64,000 nt of DNA from positions 186,001 to 250,000 of the forward strand of contig NW_024055820.1 of NCBI RefSeq assembly GCF_902713615.1, written 5' to 3'. Below, in pieces: positions 62,478 to 64,000 of this stretch. The notes below the pieces were generated by a model that worked only from the letters and a program-made list of their open reading frames with translations, was not told the origin of the DNA and ran no database searches. Both the position numbers and the translations under genes were made by a program. Source of the DNA: Scyliorhinus canicula (lineage: Eukaryota). Numbering within the stretch: position 1 is the first letter of the stretch; each line of letters opens with the position of its first letter.

Positions 62478-62541
62478 AAACCAACCAGGAGTGGAACCTG
62501 GAATTCGTAGTCAGAAGCGTTATTCATTGGGCCACTGGGCC
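62478..62541 (-). pseudogene. Degenerate tRNA-Arg(ACG)
   Basis: GGCCCAGTGGCCCAATGAATAACGCTTCTGACTACGAATTCCAGGTTCC..., internal deletion. Confidence 0.7.
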
Positions 62542-62635
62542 ACAGCGATGCACGTCATTGGCTATTCCTCGTTGATTGAGACCAATTACGAGATTGAGGT
62601 AATATTCAGCAAAATGCAAACTTGGAAGCACGAGA

Positions 62636-62703
62636 TGTTTCTGCCTGGTTTTGAAAAGGGGACCTTTTCAAGGCGAATGTGATAAGCACTACACTACAGA
62701 AAC
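62636..62703 (-). pseudogene. Degenerate tRNA-Val
   Basis: 5' half intact; anticodon arm partly deleted. Confidence 0.7.
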
Positions 62704-63932
62704 AGCTGGCAGGCAACGGAAGTGTACAATGTACAACGTCACTGTGTTGCTGCAGATTGTAACAGTGAGGCTGAGAGGCCACGTCACTCATTCCAAGACG
62801 ACAGCTGTTTCTTTAAAAAAACAGATGTTTCAACATATAAAACCACGAGTTGCAGAAATTATATCGAAATTAACATAAGTTATATTTTGCTTAATGTCGG
62901 TCTTAAATTTGTGCTCTTTGGTCTCGAGGTCTGGTTCTCGTTTAGGGATTTTCAATAAATGCCTATGGGAGCGGTCGTGGGTTTAAATCCAGGACAAGCC
63001 CTTTAGTCCAGGTCAGAGATTATGAATTGTTTGCCATGCTGACGGCGGGGTTGATTTACATTGCCGCACTCTGAAAAAGATTTCTCAGGACTCGGAATGT
63101 TTACGTCGTTTCTCTCCCCACAGATGATGCTCGAGAAAGAGAGACAGTGTCTGAGTTGGAGTGCGTTTGGATAAAATTGATGCTCCAGATCTGTGTTAAC
63201 CACAGGGACGTGACCCATCTAATCCACAGAGCCAAAGTGGAGAATTGAACTGACTGGGGAGCTGGATCTTAACGCTGACCTCCCGGACCTCGGCGTCGTG
63301 AAATGTTCCAAAGAAGCTCAACTGCCACTCGAGGAACAGCAGCGCATCTTTCCCCTGGGCTCAATACAGCTTTCACACTCAGTGTGTGTTCAGCAGTTTC
63401 ACACTGTAAATGCTGCACCCATTGTGTGTGTCCTTACACCGCAGATTTGGGTTTCAATCTTGTTCCACTTGTTCTTTGTGTCCGGGCGGTAGTTGTTGAT
63501 CAATATGCCATCGATAGCTCCTCCAGACATATCTTTTGTTTCTTTGTTTCTTCCATTGCGCTAACAGAGAGCTGGCACAGACACGGCGGCCGGAATGGCC
63601 TCATACTGTGGTGTCATTATTCTCTGATATGATGCTAACCTAACTCGGTGGCCAGGGTCCCAAGGCCTCTTCTCATTTAATCTCTCCTGACTTGCCCCCT
63701 ATTAGAGCCCTTTCCTGTTCTGTTTCCTCCCCCGGTCATTCACTTGGTTAAGACGTCCTACATTTCTAACCTGTCCCGGTTTTAATGAAAGGTGATGGTG
63801 AAAGGCGAACTTTGTTGTCCTGTCGACAAATGCCGCCTGACTACCTGAGATGTTGCAGTACTTTTGGCGTTCTCCGCAGATGTTAGATTGATTTTCGATG
63901 GCAATGACAGTATGGTTTGACTCTTTCCGCAG

Positions 63933-64000
63933 GGCTCGTTGGTCGAGGGGTATGACTCTCGCTTTGGGTGTGTCGTTGTCAGAATTTGCGAAAGGTCCCG
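63933..64000 (+). tRNA. tRNA-Pro(TGG) with an 18-nt intron-like insert after position 37; truncated by the window end
   Basis: GGCTCGTTGGTCGAGGGGTATGACTCTCGC-TT-TGG-G[TGTGTCGTTGTCAGAATT]T-GCGAA-AGGTCCCG. Confidence 0.7.

Overview
Cartilaginous-fish (shark; catshark-like by its SINE/Penelope repeats, inferred) genomic DNA from an antigen-receptor region. Left to right: (1) low-complexity and minisatellite block (1-6.5 kb); (2) a hAT DNA transposon whose ~945-codon transposase is broken by two in-frame stops; (3) an intact two-exon GPR139/142-like class A GPCR (minus) plus a probable second GPCR relic; (4) an IgM heavy-chain cluster whose V-D-J is already joined in frame, followed by Cmu1 and Cmu2 only; no Cmu3/Cmu4/TM exons are visible, and Cmu2 reads through into a short tail whose stop codon overlaps AATAAA; (5) directly downstream, TCR alpha/delta-type V segments with 23-type RSSs in both orientations (3 apparently intact, 4 pseudogenes); (6) nested among these V segments, a ~15 kb tandem array of seven ~2.26 kb units, each carrying tRNA-Val/tRNA-Arg(ACG)/tRNA-Val(AAC) and a Penelope fragment, with four units carrying a Val-body tRNA with a TAT (Ile) anticodon; (7) a Rex1/Babar LINE and a rearranged, partly inverted tRNA/V zone ending in an intron-like-insert-containing tRNA-Pro(TGG) cut by the window edge. 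Exon boundaries and coordinates were read by hand; family names come from recalled sequence motifs, not database searches.
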